From: a virus | Taxonomy: Duplodnaviria; Caudoviricetes | IMG/VR virus record: IMGVR_UViG_3300049578_000049 | Coordinates: 5,443-69,442 of that record | DNA length: 64,000 bases | Direction: 5' to 3' (one strand) | In this document: one piece after another, positions 44,300-53,966 of the stretch | Layout: the number at the start of each line of letters is the position of its first letter | Numbering within the stretch: position 1 is the first letter of the stretch | The notes under the pieces: model-generated | Databases searched by the model: none | The model's input: only the letters and a program-made list of their open reading frames with translations | What the model was told of the DNA's origin: nothing | Position numbers and translations under genes: made by a program

Positions 44300-44752
44300 A
44301 TGACGAGCTATCGCATCCACGGCATCACGGACGACACTGACACCTGCGAGATCTGCGGCAAGGCCGAGCTTCGCCGGGTCGTCATGCTGGCGGTGCTCGA
44401 CGCGGACGGCAACACCGAGGAGATCATCTACGCGGGCACGACGTGCGCCGCCCGGAAGCTGGCTCAGCGTGGGACGCGGGTCCGGGCGTCGCGGATCACC
44501 GACGCCGCCGCTGCGGCCGAGCGGGTCATGGCCGCCGCCCGCAATTGGGCCGACGAGTTCGCCCCACTGTCGCTGAGCCGGTTCATCGCGGCGAACGCGA
44601 CCGGCCTGTTGAATGTGGCCAACGGAGACACGGCCGCTGCGCTTGCCCTGGCCCGCACCCGGTTTGCCGAGCTTCAGGACGAGATCGAAGCTGTCCGGCG
44701 CGGCGACCTGGCCGTGACCCGATTCGCGTCGCGCCTTCCGATCCTGAGCTGA
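44300..44752 (+). CDS. Counter-oriented accessory protein with CxxC...C motif
   Basis: CEICGK..L...YAGTTCA. Confidence 0.75.
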   Translation: MTSYRIHGITDDTDTCEICGKAELRRVVMLAVLDADGNTEEIIYAGTTCAARKLAQRGTRVRASRITDAAAAAERVMAAARNWADEFAPLSLSRFIAANATGLLNVANGDTAAALALARTRFAELQDEIEAVRRGDLAVTRFASRLPILS

Positions 44753-44761
44753 TCGAGCGAT

Positions 44762-44787
44762 GGGGCGGCGAGTTTCCCCGCCGCCCC
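44762..44787. terminator. Hairpin between convergent genes
   Basis: GGGGCGGCG/CGCCGCCCC stem. Confidence 0.55.
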
Positions 44788-44792
44788 GTTGC

Positions 44793-45320
44793 TCACTGCT
44801 CGGACGCCGCGGCGTGGCGGCGCTTGACCTCGGTCATGAGGTCGGCCTTGTTCATCGCCTCGGCCTCGGCGAGGGACATGCCGATCCGCGGATGCGTGGC
44901 GTACTGCTCCCACGTCTCCTTGTTGTCGGCCGCCTTCGGCAGGTCGGGCAGCGGTGCGACGGGCGCCGCCGGCGGGGCGACCGGCGTGGCGTCCCGGGCC
45001 GGCTCGGAGGACTCGGGCAAGTCCTCCTGCTCGCGGTCGGCGAGTACCGGCGCGACGCCGTTCGGGTCGCTCGGCAGCACGACCGGCTGATCCGGCGTCC
45101 GGACCTGAGCAGGCAGCGCCTGCGGCGGGACCATGGCCGGGTCGCGGTCGGCGGCGTAGACCACCATGCCCGCGTTGAGCAGCGCGTTGATCTGGAATTC
45201 GGTCACCCAGTCCGGGACCGGCTGGCCGCGGTCGATCGTGACCGGATCGCCCATCGGGACCTTCGGGTCGTCCGGGTCGGTCTTCTGGAAATCGAGCTTG
45301 GTGAAGTGGACCAGGTACAT
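44793..45320 (-). CDS. Capsid-adjacent protein with a C-terminal P...NK..W..YA...KADL helical motif
   Basis: Directly after the MCP; shares a motif with 37210..37698. Confidence 0.7.
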   Translation of the reverse strand: MYLVHFTKLDFQKTDPDDPKVPMGDPVTIDRGQPVPDWVTEFQINALLNAGMVVYAADRDPAMVPPQALPAQVRTPDQPVVLPSDPNGVAPVLADREQEDLPESSEPARDATPVAPPAAPVAPLPDLPKAADNKETWEQYATHPRIGMSLAEAEAMNKADLMTEVKRRHAAASEQ

Positions 45321-45332
45321 CTCGATCTCCGA

Positions 45333-46259
45333 TCAGGTCAGGGTGCCGATGCCGGAGATCTTGCATCCGGCCCCCGGCTCCTGGACGAAGGGAACGACCG
45401 GGCGGCGGCCGCGGACCAGCCACGAATCGTTGGCGGCCGGGTCGCGGCGCGTCATCGTCTCGATCCCGTTGGCGGGGTCGCCCTGGTACTCCGGGCTGGG
45501 GATCCGCTCGTAGCCGAGCGCGCCGAGAGCCGACGTGTCGACCACGATCGCCTGGCCCGCCGTCGGCAGGTTCGGCGTGGGCATCACGGTCAGGCCCGCG
45601 AGCACCGGCAGGTCGCCGGTCATGGAGACCGTCGTGTTGGACTCGCGCGCCATGGTGGCGAGCAGGTTCAAGTTGCCCATGATGTACGCGAAGGCGAAGT
45701 CGTCCACCGCGACGGCGTTTGGCTCGTAGCCCTTGTTGAGGGCCCTGATGGTCGCCTTGGCGCGCAGCAGGTCGAGCAGCATGTTCGCGCCGTTCGCGTT
45801 CCAGTTGGCCACGGCGGTGACCGACTGCGTGACCGCCGAGCTGATGACCGCCAGAGCCGTCGAGTCGACGGTGTAGATCAGGTAGTTGACGATCTTCTGG
45901 AGGTTGCGCTCCACGGCCTGCCCGCGGAACCTGCCGATCTCCTCGTCGGTGACCGGCACCTCCTCGCCCCACTTGACCGGGTTGGCGACGGCCGCCGTGC
46001 CGGTCGGGGCGAGCGTGCGCGGGTACTGGCCGCCCGGCGCAACGACCTCGGGGGCCGCGGCCGTGTAGATGGACTCGTCGGTCTCGTAGAGGATCGAGGA
46101 ACCCTCGATGCGGCCGCTCAGCAACGCGTCGGCGATGAAGCGGTTCTCGGCGATGGTCCGCAGACGCCGGGCGACCGCCGTCGGGGTGTTGAGGAACCGC
46201 GAGATGGTCAGGACGTCGCCGGTCAGCGTGGGAGCCGACGGCGGATACGTGATAGCCAT
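45333..46259 (-). CDS. Major capsid protein (HK97 fold)
   Basis: 308 aa; V.PG..YP...KWG....VTDE; position after scaffold and cement genes. Confidence 0.9.
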   Translation of the reverse strand: MAITYPPSAPTLTGDVLTISRFLNTPTAVARRLRTIAENRFIADALLSGRIEGSSILYETDESIYTAAAPEVVAPGGQYPRTLAPTGTAAVANPVKWGEEVPVTDEEIGRFRGQAVERNLQKIVNYLIYTVDSTALAVISSAVTQSVTAVANWNANGANMLLDLLRAKATIRALNKGYEPNAVAVDDFAFAYIMGNLNLLATMARESNTTVSMTGDLPVLAGLTVMPTPNLPTAGQAIVVDTSALGALGYERIPSPEYQGDPANGIETMTRRDPAANDSWLVRGRRPVVPFVQEPGAGCKISGIGTLT

Positions 46260-46272
46260 TGATCAGCTCTCC

Positions 46273-46644
46273 TTAGCGCCCGAGGAACCGGACGATCGCG
46301 CCGTCGGCGGCAGGCGCGACGGCCACCCCGACGAGCTGGCCGAAGGTGCCCGCGCCGATGGCGGCGACGACCCCGGCCGCACCGGCGGCCAGGTTGTCGC
46401 CGGCGCTGATCGCGCCGGTGCCGGTGACCTCGTGGACGATGCCGGGCAGCGGCCAGACGACGACTTTGCCCGCGCTGGCCGCGTCGTGCGCGGCCACTCC
46501 GACGACCTTGGTACTCGCGGCGCCGGCCGGACCGACCGTGCCGTTGCCGGTGTTCTCCACGAGCCGGCCGCCGGTCACTGTGGCGCTGGCCTGGAAGGTG
46601 ATCGGGGCGCCCGTTCCCGGGAACTTCGGGCTGTATTCCGCCAT
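46273..46644 (-). CDS. Capsid cement/decoration protein (DUF2190-like)
   Basis: T..ASA.VTGGRLV...GVAAHDAA.G..V...I.AG. Confidence 0.8.
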   Translation of the reverse strand: MAEYSPKFPGTGAPITFQASATVTGGRLVENTGNGTVGPAGAASTKVVGVAAHDAASAGKVVVWPLPGIVHEVTGTGAISAGDNLAAGAAGVVAAIGAGTFGQLVGVAVAPAADGAIVRFLGR

Positions 46645-48995
46645 CAGTGGGCCGCCTCTCCCATGTAGGCCGCGTACACCTGGTCGACCTCGTTCTGGTT
46701 GATCTCGGCGCCGAGGACGCCGGCGGCCAGGGTCGGGACGGTGTTCTTCGGCATGAGGTTGATGTACGCCTCGGTGGCCTCCGGGTTCTTGTCCCACATC
46801 TCCTTGTAGGTGGAGAGGCGGGAGACCGGGAACCGGCCCTCCTTCGCCGCGGCGGAGAGCACCTGGTCCCGCCGGGTCTTCTGCACCTCGGCGTACGCCT
46901 GCTCGCCCTTGACGGCCATGCTCAGCAGGGCCTTGTAGTTCTCCGGGTCGACCAGGATCGGCTGCTCACCAGCCGGGAGCTTCGCGGTGAGCACCGCGAG
47001 CGGGTTGGGCGCGGGCTCCGTCTTGGGAGCCGACGCCGAGACCTGCGTGGCGAACGCCTCGCGGACCTCGTCGTCGCTGGCGTCCGGGCCGAGACCCAGC
47101 GCCTCCCGCATCTTGGCTGCGTCCACGGACGCCTCCTTCGGGGTTGTGGTGGGCCCGGTCGCCGGGTCGGCGTCGGGTGTCTGGGTTTCCTCGGCGGGGG
47201 CGGCCACGGGGACCTCGGTCTCCACGACCGTCGCGTTCGCCGCCGCAGTGCGCTCGGCCGCCTTGCGGATCGCGGCGCCGGCCGGCGACACGTCCTTGGC
47301 CACGATGTCCGAGCCGTCCTCGCGCTTGCCGGCCGCGGCGAATGCCGCCTTGCGGTCGGAGAAACGCACCGGCAGCGACGCCGCGGCGGCCTTGACGTCC
47401 TGGTAGGTGATGGCCACCTCCTGCGGCTCGCCGAAGGTGAACTCCTCGCCCTTGAGTTCGACCGGGATGCGGTAGTGCTTGCCGGTCGCGTCGTCGGCCG
47501 CGATGAGCTCGAGCGGGTCGACGTGCATCGCGGCGATCCACATCGAGTAGCCGGCGGATTCGTAGTACTTCCGGCTGATGTCTTCGACGGAGACGGACGC
47601 CTTGACGGCGCCGCCGGTCGTGGTGCCCATCGGGCCTCCCATGGTCATGCGGACAGTGGTGGACAGCCGAGCCGAGGCGGCCTGACCGAAGACGGCGACG
47701 AGCTGGCCACGGCACCGCGCGCCGCCGAGGCAGCCGACGTACTTGCCGGCGCCGTACTGGCCCATCGCCTCGTCCAGCGAGTCGAACCTCCTGCCGTCGA
47801 TCGCGCGGCACGGTGCGCAGGCGTTCGTGTCGTTGATCTCGCTGGCGTAGACGTCCACCGGGCCGTCGTAGCCGTACAGCGCGGCGTACCGGCCCCGGGC
47901 CTGCGCGGTGCTCAGCGCGCCGCCGAGCTGGTCGCGCAGGAACCGGTCGGACAGCTTGGCGAGGTGGTCGAGCGTCGTGGTGGAGATGTGCCGCCCGTCG
48001 CCGGTGCCGAGCGCCTGCGCGGCGGTCCGCCCGGCGGTGCTCGCGGTGCTCGCGGCCATGGCGGCGGCGACCGCCTCGGCATCCGCGCGGACCGTCTCCT
48101 CCGTGATCTCCGGCATCGCCAGCCGGGCACCCTGCTGCTGCGCCTCGGCAACCTGCGCGGCGGCGGACTTCGCGGCCAGCTCGGTCATCGCGGTGGTGAG
48201 CAGGATCGCGGCGGCGGCGGAGGTGACCGTCAGCGCGCCGAGCCCGTCGGGGTTCTCGTCCACGGCGGTCTCGATCTGCGCGGCCAGCTCGGCACGCTGC
48301 TCGTCGGCGATCTCCGGCCACTGCTCGAGCAGGGCGTCCAGCGCCGCGGCGTGCTGCTCGGCGACCTGAGCGAAGTCGACGCCGGACTGCCGCTCGATCG
48401 CCGTCGGCTCCCGCGGCTCGGCGGCTGCGAGGCGGACGCTCACCGTCAGCCTGCGGCTGCCTGCGGCAGCCTTGGCCGGTTCCTCGTCGGTGGTGGTGAA
48501 CACCGCGTAGACGTCCTGCATGCTCTTGAGCACGCCGACGCCGGGCGCGTACACGCCGAGCAGGCTGAGCGCGGTGATGACGGACGGGTGCGCGTGGCCG
48601 ATCTGGCAGACGAACGGGCGGTAGATCTCGATCGACCGGTCCGGGTACGCCGCGGCGAGCACCGAGAGCCCGTTCTCGTCCGCGTCGGCCAGCCACGCCG
48701 GCAGGCCGGTCAGATCGCCCACGATCTTCGCGCCGGCCACGCGCATGTTGGCGACCCATCCCACGGCCGGCTCGCCGTCCCAGCGCACGCCCGAGGTCGA
48801 GTCTTCCTCGTCGTGGCCGAGCTTGATCACTGGATTGCGCACGCCCGGGCAGTCCAGGGCGGCGACCGCGTCCGTGAAGTCCTGCAGCGTGAACGTGGTC
48901 TCGCCGGTCGATGCTTTCCAGGTGCCGACGGCGGCGAGCTCAATGTTGGGCAAGGTCCGCAGCGGCACCGGCTGACGGATCTCGACGTCGGTCAC
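46644..48995 (-). CDS. Fusion of Mu-I-like head maturation protease, MuF-like minor head domain and scaffold
   Basis: N: IKLGH...PAVGW...YPDRSIEI. Middle: ASEINDTNAC.PC..IDG...C.GG.RCRG. C: helical scaffold. Confidence 0.8.
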   Translation of the reverse strand: MTDVEIRQPVPLRTLPNIELAAVGTWKASTGETTFTLQDFTDAVAALDCPGVRNPVIKLGHDEEDSTSGVRWDGEPAVGWVANMRVAGAKIVGDLTGLPAWLADADENGLSVLAAAYPDRSIEIYRPFVCQIGHAHPSVITALSLLGVYAPGVGVLKSMQDVYAVFTTTDEEPAKAAAGSRRLTVSVRLAAAEPREPTAIERQSGVDFAQVAEQHAAALDALLEQWPEIADEQRAELAAQIETAVDENPDGLGALTVTSAAAAILLTTAMTELAAKSAAAQVAEAQQQGARLAMPEITEETVRADAEAVAAAMAASTASTAGRTAAQALGTGDGRHISTTTLDHLAKLSDRFLRDQLGGALSTAQARGRYAALYGYDGPVDVYASEINDTNACAPCRAIDGRRFDSLDEAMGQYGAGKYVGCLGGARCRGQLVAVFGQAASARLSTTVRMTMGGPMGTTTGGAVKASVSVEDISRKYYESAGYSMWIAAMHVDPLELIAADDATGKHYRIPVELKGEEFTFGEPQEVAITYQDVKAAAASLPVRFSDRKAAFAAAGKREDGSDIVAKDVSPAGAAIRKAAERTAAANATVVETEVPVAAPAEETQTPDADPATGPTTTPKEASVDAAKMREALGLGPDASDDEVREAFATQVSASAPKTEPAPNPLAVLTAKLPAGEQPILVDPENYKALLSMAVKGEQAYAEVQKTRRDQVLSAAAKEGRFPVSRLSTYKEMWDKNPEATEAYINLMPKNTVPTLAAGVLGAEINQNEVDQVYAAYMGEAAH

Positions 48996-50290
48996 GCCGG
49001 GACCTGTTCGTTGGTGCGGCCGGCCGCCGGCTCCGCGGTGGTGGGGGCGTCGTTCGCGGAGCCGGCGTCCGGGGGTGCCGGCTGCGGCGCCGCGGGGCGC
49101 TGCTTGATGACCGGCAGCTGATAGCGGTTACGCAGGTCGTTCTCCATGCCCAGGTCGGGTGTCAGCGCGCCGCAGGTGACCAGCGCGCTGATCGCCTCGC
49201 TGGTGATCTCGGGCCGCGCGATGTCCGTGCACAGGATGGCCGGGACCGGCTCGTCCTCGCCGAAGTTGTAGTCGACCATCTGTACGTTGAGCTGGGTCGC
49301 CGGGCCGGTGATCTCCCTGGCGATCGCCTTCCAGCTCATCTGCAGCAGACCGACCACGGTGTCCCCGAGTGCCCTGCTCCCGTTGGCCGAGGTGTCCAGG
49401 TTGAAGATTTCGGCCAGCACCGACGTGGCGATCTGGGCATCCAGGTAGTTGATGAAGCCCATGGTGTCCGGCACCGAGCCGGTCAGTCCCTTGAGGTTGA
49501 ACGACCAGCCCTGAGGCACACCGACGCCGGTCTGGTCGCCGGCACGGAAGCCGGACGCGATCTCGGCGGCCGCCGTGACGTCGGCGGGCGTCGGGTTGGG
49601 CCCGGTCGCCACCTCGGGCACGCCCATGCCGAAGCGACGGTTCGACTGGCCGAGCACGCGCCACATCTCGTGCTTGAGCAGCCAGGGCCCGTAGGACTCA
49701 TGGATCATCGAGCGGCCCTGCCAGGCGGCACCCTCGCGCTCGTGGACGTACCAGAGCAGGTTTCCGGCGGGGATCAGCCGGCGCTGGCCGAGCTGCCGGA
49801 TCCCCCGCATCGTGCCGTCGTCGTTGATCTCGATGTCGGTGATGGTCTGCGGCAGCCGCTCGCTGAGTTCGGCCAGCCGTGCTCGCATCGGGTCGCCGCC
49901 GACGTCGTAGCGGATCGCGAACGGGGAGTGCCCGAAGGTGAGCATCAGCAGGGCGACACGGAGGTGGTCGTCCCATACCACGCCGCGGCGGCGGGCCGGG
50001 CCAGGCCCGTCGTTGTCCCCGGCGATCGGCAGGCCCCATGCGTCGGCCACCAGCTGCACGACCTCGTCCCGGCAGCCGCGCGGGTTGACCGCGTACGACG
50101 CACCGCGCAGCGGCAGCGTGTACGCCTTGAGCACCGCGGAGATCTGCGGGTCGCGTCGCATCTTGGCGTAGGTCTGGATCGACAGCGGGTAGGTCAGCGC
50201 CGGGACGTTCTCGTACAGGTCCATCGCCAGCACGTCGTACTGCGTGCCCATCGTGCCCGCCGCGGTGCGCGGTGCGTCGGCGTACGGCAT
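48992..50290 (-). CDS. Portal protein (Mu gp29/DUF935-like)
   Basis: Y.KMRRDPQIS..., G.S.....YGPWLLK; position. Confidence 0.88.
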   Translation of the reverse strand: MPYADAPRTAAGTMGTQYDVLAMDLYENVPALTYPLSIQTYAKMRRDPQISAVLKAYTLPLRGASYAVNPRGCRDEVVQLVADAWGLPIAGDNDGPGPARRRGVVWDDHLRVALLMLTFGHSPFAIRYDVGGDPMRARLAELSERLPQTITDIEINDDGTMRGIRQLGQRRLIPAGNLLWYVHEREGAAWQGRSMIHESYGPWLLKHEMWRVLGQSNRRFGMGVPEVATGPNPTPADVTAAAEIASGFRAGDQTGVGVPQGWSFNLKGLTGSVPDTMGFINYLDAQIATSVLAEIFNLDTSANGSRALGDTVVGLLQMSWKAIAREITGPATQLNVQMVDYNFGEDEPVPAILCTDIARPEITSEAISALVTCGALTPDLGMENDLRNRYQLPVIKQRPAAPQPAPPDAGSANDAPTTAEPAAGRTNEQVPA

Positions 50291-50311
50291 GGCACCTCCT
50301 ACGATCAGGGC

Positions 50312-51190
50312 ATGGACGTTTACGTGTTGACGGAGGACGGGCACGTCCTCGGCGCTGGTACAGACCGATCGGCATGCGAGGATGTCGCCGATCGGCGCGG
50401 CGACGATTGGCCGGGGTGGGCGGACGCCGGCGGGGGAGTGTGGGAACGCCGCGTGGGGAAGTTCTCCGAGCCGTCCAGCCGAGTGCAGCGGATCACCCGC
50501 GTGTCGCTCGCCGGAATGGCCACGACCAGGCAACTGTCGGCCGCGCTAGGCGAGGCGGTCCGGCGCGAGATGGCCGAGCAGCCGGTGACGTACGACGTGC
50601 TCGAGGTGGAGATCAGTGGATCTGGGCCGCACTACGTGTGGAACGAGGACCGAACCGGGGTTGTGCCGAAGGACGGCCCGATCGATGCGTCGAAGCCGTT
50701 CTTCCTAGCGCCAGAGGAGGTGCCCGCCGTGGACGAGAGGGTCTGGCCGAGCGGATGGCAGAAGCTCGGCGCCACCGTCGAGGCGCCGCCCGCACTGCGC
50801 GGTGAGCAGGTGGCGGCGGACATGCGGCACATCTTCGAGACGCAGGCACTCAAGCGAGCCGACGACATCCGGGTCGGCGACGGTCCGGCGTGGGAGTGGC
50901 TCAAGGCCGGGCTGGACAAGGTGGCCACGTACCCGCGCGACGCGCCGATGCCGGACTCGCGGGCGGCGGCGATGATCTGGGGACTTCCGGTCATCCTCGA
51001 TCCGAACATCCCCCGGAACGAGATCCACATCGGCGACGTGGTCTACGTGGTCGGACCGGAGGACATTCTCGGTGAGACCGCTCTGCTCCGGTTCGATTTC
51101 GCCGAGATGGATCGGACCAAGCGGGAGTTCGACAGGCAGTACGGGGAGTGGCTGCTCGAGGCGATCAGGACCAAATACTGGCCATCTTGA
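50312..51190 (+). CDS. Counter-oriented accessory protein between terminase and portal
   Basis: Protein-like C-terminal part of ORF 48911..51190; start re-picked at the ATG after TACGAT. Confidence 0.65.
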   Translation: MDVYVLTEDGHVLGAGTDRSACEDVADRRGDDWPGWADAGGGVWERRVGKFSEPSSRVQRITRVSLAGMATTRQLSAALGEAVRREMAEQPVTYDVLEVEISGSGPHYVWNEDRTGVVPKDGPIDASKPFFLAPEEVPAVDERVWPSGWQKLGATVEAPPALRGEQVAADMRHIFETQALKRADDIRVGDGPAWEWLKAGLDKVATYPRDAPMPDSRAAAMIWGLPVILDPNIPRNEIHIGDVVYVVGPEDILGETALLRFDFAEMDRTKREFDRQYGEWLLEAIRTKYWPS

Positions 51191-51199
51191 TGATTCGGA

Positions 51200-52834
51200 T
51201 CACCACTCGGCTCTGTTGAGGTCCACCTCGCCGAGCAGGCCGGTGGCCGCCTCGAACGCCGGGTCACGAGGGCGGTGCTCGCCGGCCATCGGCGGGGGCG
51301 TCTTGGGCGGTGGGGTCCAGTGCGCACCGGAGATCCGCGCCGCGTAGGAGAAGGTGTCCATCTGGTCGTCGTTCGCCCACGTCGGGAATCCGGCGATTTC
51401 GTCCTCCCACTCGTCCAGCCATTCGGCGAAGTCCGGCCAGAAGACCAGATGCGAGCGGACCCGGTTGGCCGCGGGGATGGCTCTGGTGACCTTGTCCTTC
51501 TCCGGGGTGACCGGCTGGATCCGGATGCCGGCCATCGTCGCGTCGCGAACCAGCGTGGTCCCGATGAAGCCCCGCTCGACGTAGACGTCCGGCACCGCCC
51601 ACCGCCTGCAGAGCGGCGTGAGCAGCGTGACGTGATCGACCTCGTTGAGCCGCTTGCGCCGCCGGTCGAGCAGCAGCAGCCGGCCGTCCATCGTGATCGC
51701 CCAGACCGCCGCGACCGTCCAGTCCGCCGAAGCTTTCAGGCTGTCCGCTAGGTCCATGGTCACGAAGCGCGTCATGTCGGACAGGAACAGCGGGACGCCT
51801 TCGACCTCCACCCGCGCGCCGCCGAGCTCGTCGTGATGGCTGCGGTCCGCAGGCAGGTACTTCCAGTACCGGAAGTCGGACCGGGAGAAGAGATTGCCCT
51901 CGGCCGCGACCGGCGTCTGCATGTAGATCGAGTTCCACACGTACAGCGAGCGGGTCGCCTTCAGGTCCAGGAAGTAGCCCTCGGCCCGGCCCTGCACGCT
52001 GATCAGCTCGCCGTTCGGCGCGTACGCCGACGCTCCGTCGTTGCCGCGCACGAGCGGCTGGCTGTGGTCCCGGACGGCGGGAATGCGCAGGACCTTCCAC
52101 TTGCCGGGCTCGTGCTTCAGCAGCCGGCCGGCCAGGTCGTCGGCGTGCCAGCGGGTCAGCATCAGCACGACGCGGCCACGGGAGCTGAGCCGGGTCGCGG
52201 AGTCGGACTCCCACCACTGCCAGCACCGCTTGCGGTAGGTCGGGCTCTCCGCCTCGGCGCGCCCCCGGAGCGGGTCATCGATGACCATGACGTCCACCGG
52301 CTCACCGGTGATGCCGCCCTCGACGCCGACCGACAGCACCCGGCCACCGGCGGTGGTCTCGAAGTTGTGCACCGCCTTCGAGTCGGGCATCAGCGTGATG
52401 CCCAGCTCCGGATACGCCAGGATCATGCGCCGGATCCACTTGCCCCAGCGCTCGGCCTTCTCGGCCGAGTAGCTGATGATCGCAATCCGCAGGCTCGGAT
52501 CCTGCGCGAGCAGCCAGAGCGGGAACCAGCACGATGTGCGGGTGCTCTTGCCCTCCTGCGGCGGGACGAAGATCATTTGCCGGCCGGTCGCTCCCGGCGC
52601 GTCGGCCAGATCGACCAGGGCCGCGTCGATCGCGTCCAGCGCGGGGGTCTGCCGGGTGGACACCTGCAACGCCTTGGCCAGGGCGCCGGGGGTCGGGTAC
52701 CGCTCGCGGAACTCGGAGCGCTGCAGGCTGATCAGCTCACCGCGGCGAACCTTCACCGTCCGCAGCTTGTCGCGCAGCCTCAGCAGCTCGTCGGTTGATT
52801 TCTGCGTCCAGCTCGCGGAGGGCGCGGTCGACAT
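51200..52834 (-). CDS. Terminase large subunit (true start may be downstream of 52834)
   Basis: PPQEGKS Walker A, IIDD-type Walker B, LTRWH.DDL.G, MDLA, DDQMD nuclease residues. Confidence 0.95.
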   Translation of the reverse strand: MSTAPSASWTQKSTDELLRLRDKLRTVKVRRGELISLQRSEFRERYPTPGALAKALQVSTRQTPALDAIDAALVDLADAPGATGRQMIFVPPQEGKSTRTSCWFPLWLLAQDPSLRIAIISYSAEKAERWGKWIRRMILAYPELGITLMPDSKAVHNFETTAGGRVLSVGVEGGITGEPVDVMVIDDPLRGRAEAESPTYRKRCWQWWESDSATRLSSRGRVVLMLTRWHADDLAGRLLKHEPGKWKVLRIPAVRDHSQPLVRGNDGASAYAPNGELISVQGRAEGYFLDLKATRSLYVWNSIYMQTPVAAEGNLFSRSDFRYWKYLPADRSHHDELGGARVEVEGVPLFLSDMTRFVTMDLADSLKASADWTVAAVWAITMDGRLLLLDRRRKRLNEVDHVTLLTPLCRRWAVPDVYVERGFIGTTLVRDATMAGIRIQPVTPEKDKVTRAIPAANRVRSHLVFWPDFAEWLDEWEDEIAGFPTWANDDQMDTFSYAARISGAHWTPPPKTPPPMAGEHRPRDPAFEAATGLLGEVDLNRAEW

Positions 52835-53219
52835 CGCCCTCCCCCAGGTCGTACTTGATCGGAGCCTCGGCGCCGGTCAGCTTGTCGATCCGGGTCAGGG
52901 TCCGCAGCACGATCGCCGCGTGCTTCTCGGAGCCGGCCTTCATGAACGGCCAGTTGACTCGCAGGACGTCCATGTAGCGCGCCAGCTGTTCCGTACGCCA
53001 GAGGGTGACCTCCTCGTACGCCAGGTCGCGCTCCTGCTCGTTCAGGCGCTTCACCGCGTTGTACGCGGATGCTTTGTCGGCGAATCCGCAGGTCGCGGCG
53101 ATCTCGTCCCAGCTGTGCCCCTCGCGTCGCATCCTCGCCGCATCGGCACGCTGCTTGTACACGACGGCCATCGCGGCGGGGGAGCGGGTGACGTGCTTGG
53201 GCTTGCCCGGGCCGGTCAT
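52737..53219 (-). CDS. Terminase small subunit (N-terminal HTH)
   Basis: MRREGHSWDEIA..CG...SAYNAV; position upstream of TerL. Confidence 0.7.
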   Translation of the reverse strand: MTGPGKPKHVTRSPAAMAVVYKQRADAARMRREGHSWDEIAATCGFADKASAYNAVKRLNEQERDLAYEEVTLWRTEQLARYMDVLRVNWPFMKAGSEKHAAIVLRTLTRIDKLTGAEAPIKYDLGEGDVDRALRELDAEINRRAAEAARQAADGEGSPR

Positions 53220-53292
53220 CAGGCATACTCCTCTGGTGCGGAATTCTGGCACACAAGCCGGTGATCGCCAACTGCCAGCCGGCCCGGGCCGG

Positions 53293-53493
53293 TCAGCGGC
53301 ACGACTCCTTCTCTCTCACCCATCCGGCGTGGGCCCGCATCACCTCGGCGATGGGGTAGAGCGCCGCCCGGCGGCCCCGGGGCCCGTACCGCGCACCGAC
53401 GGGCGGGACGCCCTTCATCCGCCGGGCCAGCTCCCGGCGTGGCATCGGCGGGTCGAGCGCCTGCGCCGCGTCGGACAGCGTGATCGCGCTCAT
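53293..53493 (-). CDS. Small HTH-like DNA-binding protein
   Basis: TLSDAA..L...Y.IAEVMRAH. Confidence 0.6.
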   Translation of the reverse strand: MSAITLSDAAQALDPPMPRRELARRMKGVPPVGARYGPRGRRAALYPIAEVMRAHAGWVREKESCR

Positions 53494-53966
53494 CGCGCGT
53501 CGTCCGAGAGAATCGCCACCATCCGCTCCACATGCGCATCCCGGCCGCAGGTGCACTCCTGCGGCCGGTCACCCCACACCGCTCGCCAGGTCTGGCGATC
53601 CTCGAACTTCGGACAGCCGTACTCCGGCCTGCCGTCCCACGCATAGTGCTGCAACGCTTCCAGCTCGTCCAGGATCCGCCGCTTGATCGCGACCTCGGCC
53701 AGCACGCGGGCCGGGTCCCAGCGAGCAACGTGCTCGCCACGCTGCGGAGTGAGGACGTTGTCGGCGTAGCTGTGAGCCAATTCCACACCGAGCGCTCTCA
53801 TGTACGGCCAGGAATTCCCGCCTTCGCGCTCTTCGATCACCCAGCGTTTCCAGCCGTCGCCGTCGTTGTCGCCGTATCCGTCGTCCTTGATCGCGAGTGC
53901 GACGCGCTCGTCCTCGTCGAGCCGGGCGCGCAGGACGGCGAGCCGCTCCCCGATGCCGGCGCTCAT
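53490..53966 (-). CDS. DUF6221-like protein
   Basis: LRARLDEDE...HVARWDPARVLAEV..KRRIL. Confidence 0.75.
   Translation of the reverse strand: MSAGIGERLAVLRARLDEDERVALAIKDDGYGDNDGDGWKRWVIEEREGGNSWPYMRALGVELAHSYADNVLTPQRGEHVARWDPARVLAEVAIKRRILDELEALQHYAWDGRPEYGCPKFEDRQTWRAVWGDRPQECTCGRDAHVERMVAILSDDAR

Noticed and set aside
48911-50311. N-terminal part of ORF 48911..51190
   Set aside because: Antisense to the portal gene. Only the part from the ATG at 50312 looks coding.
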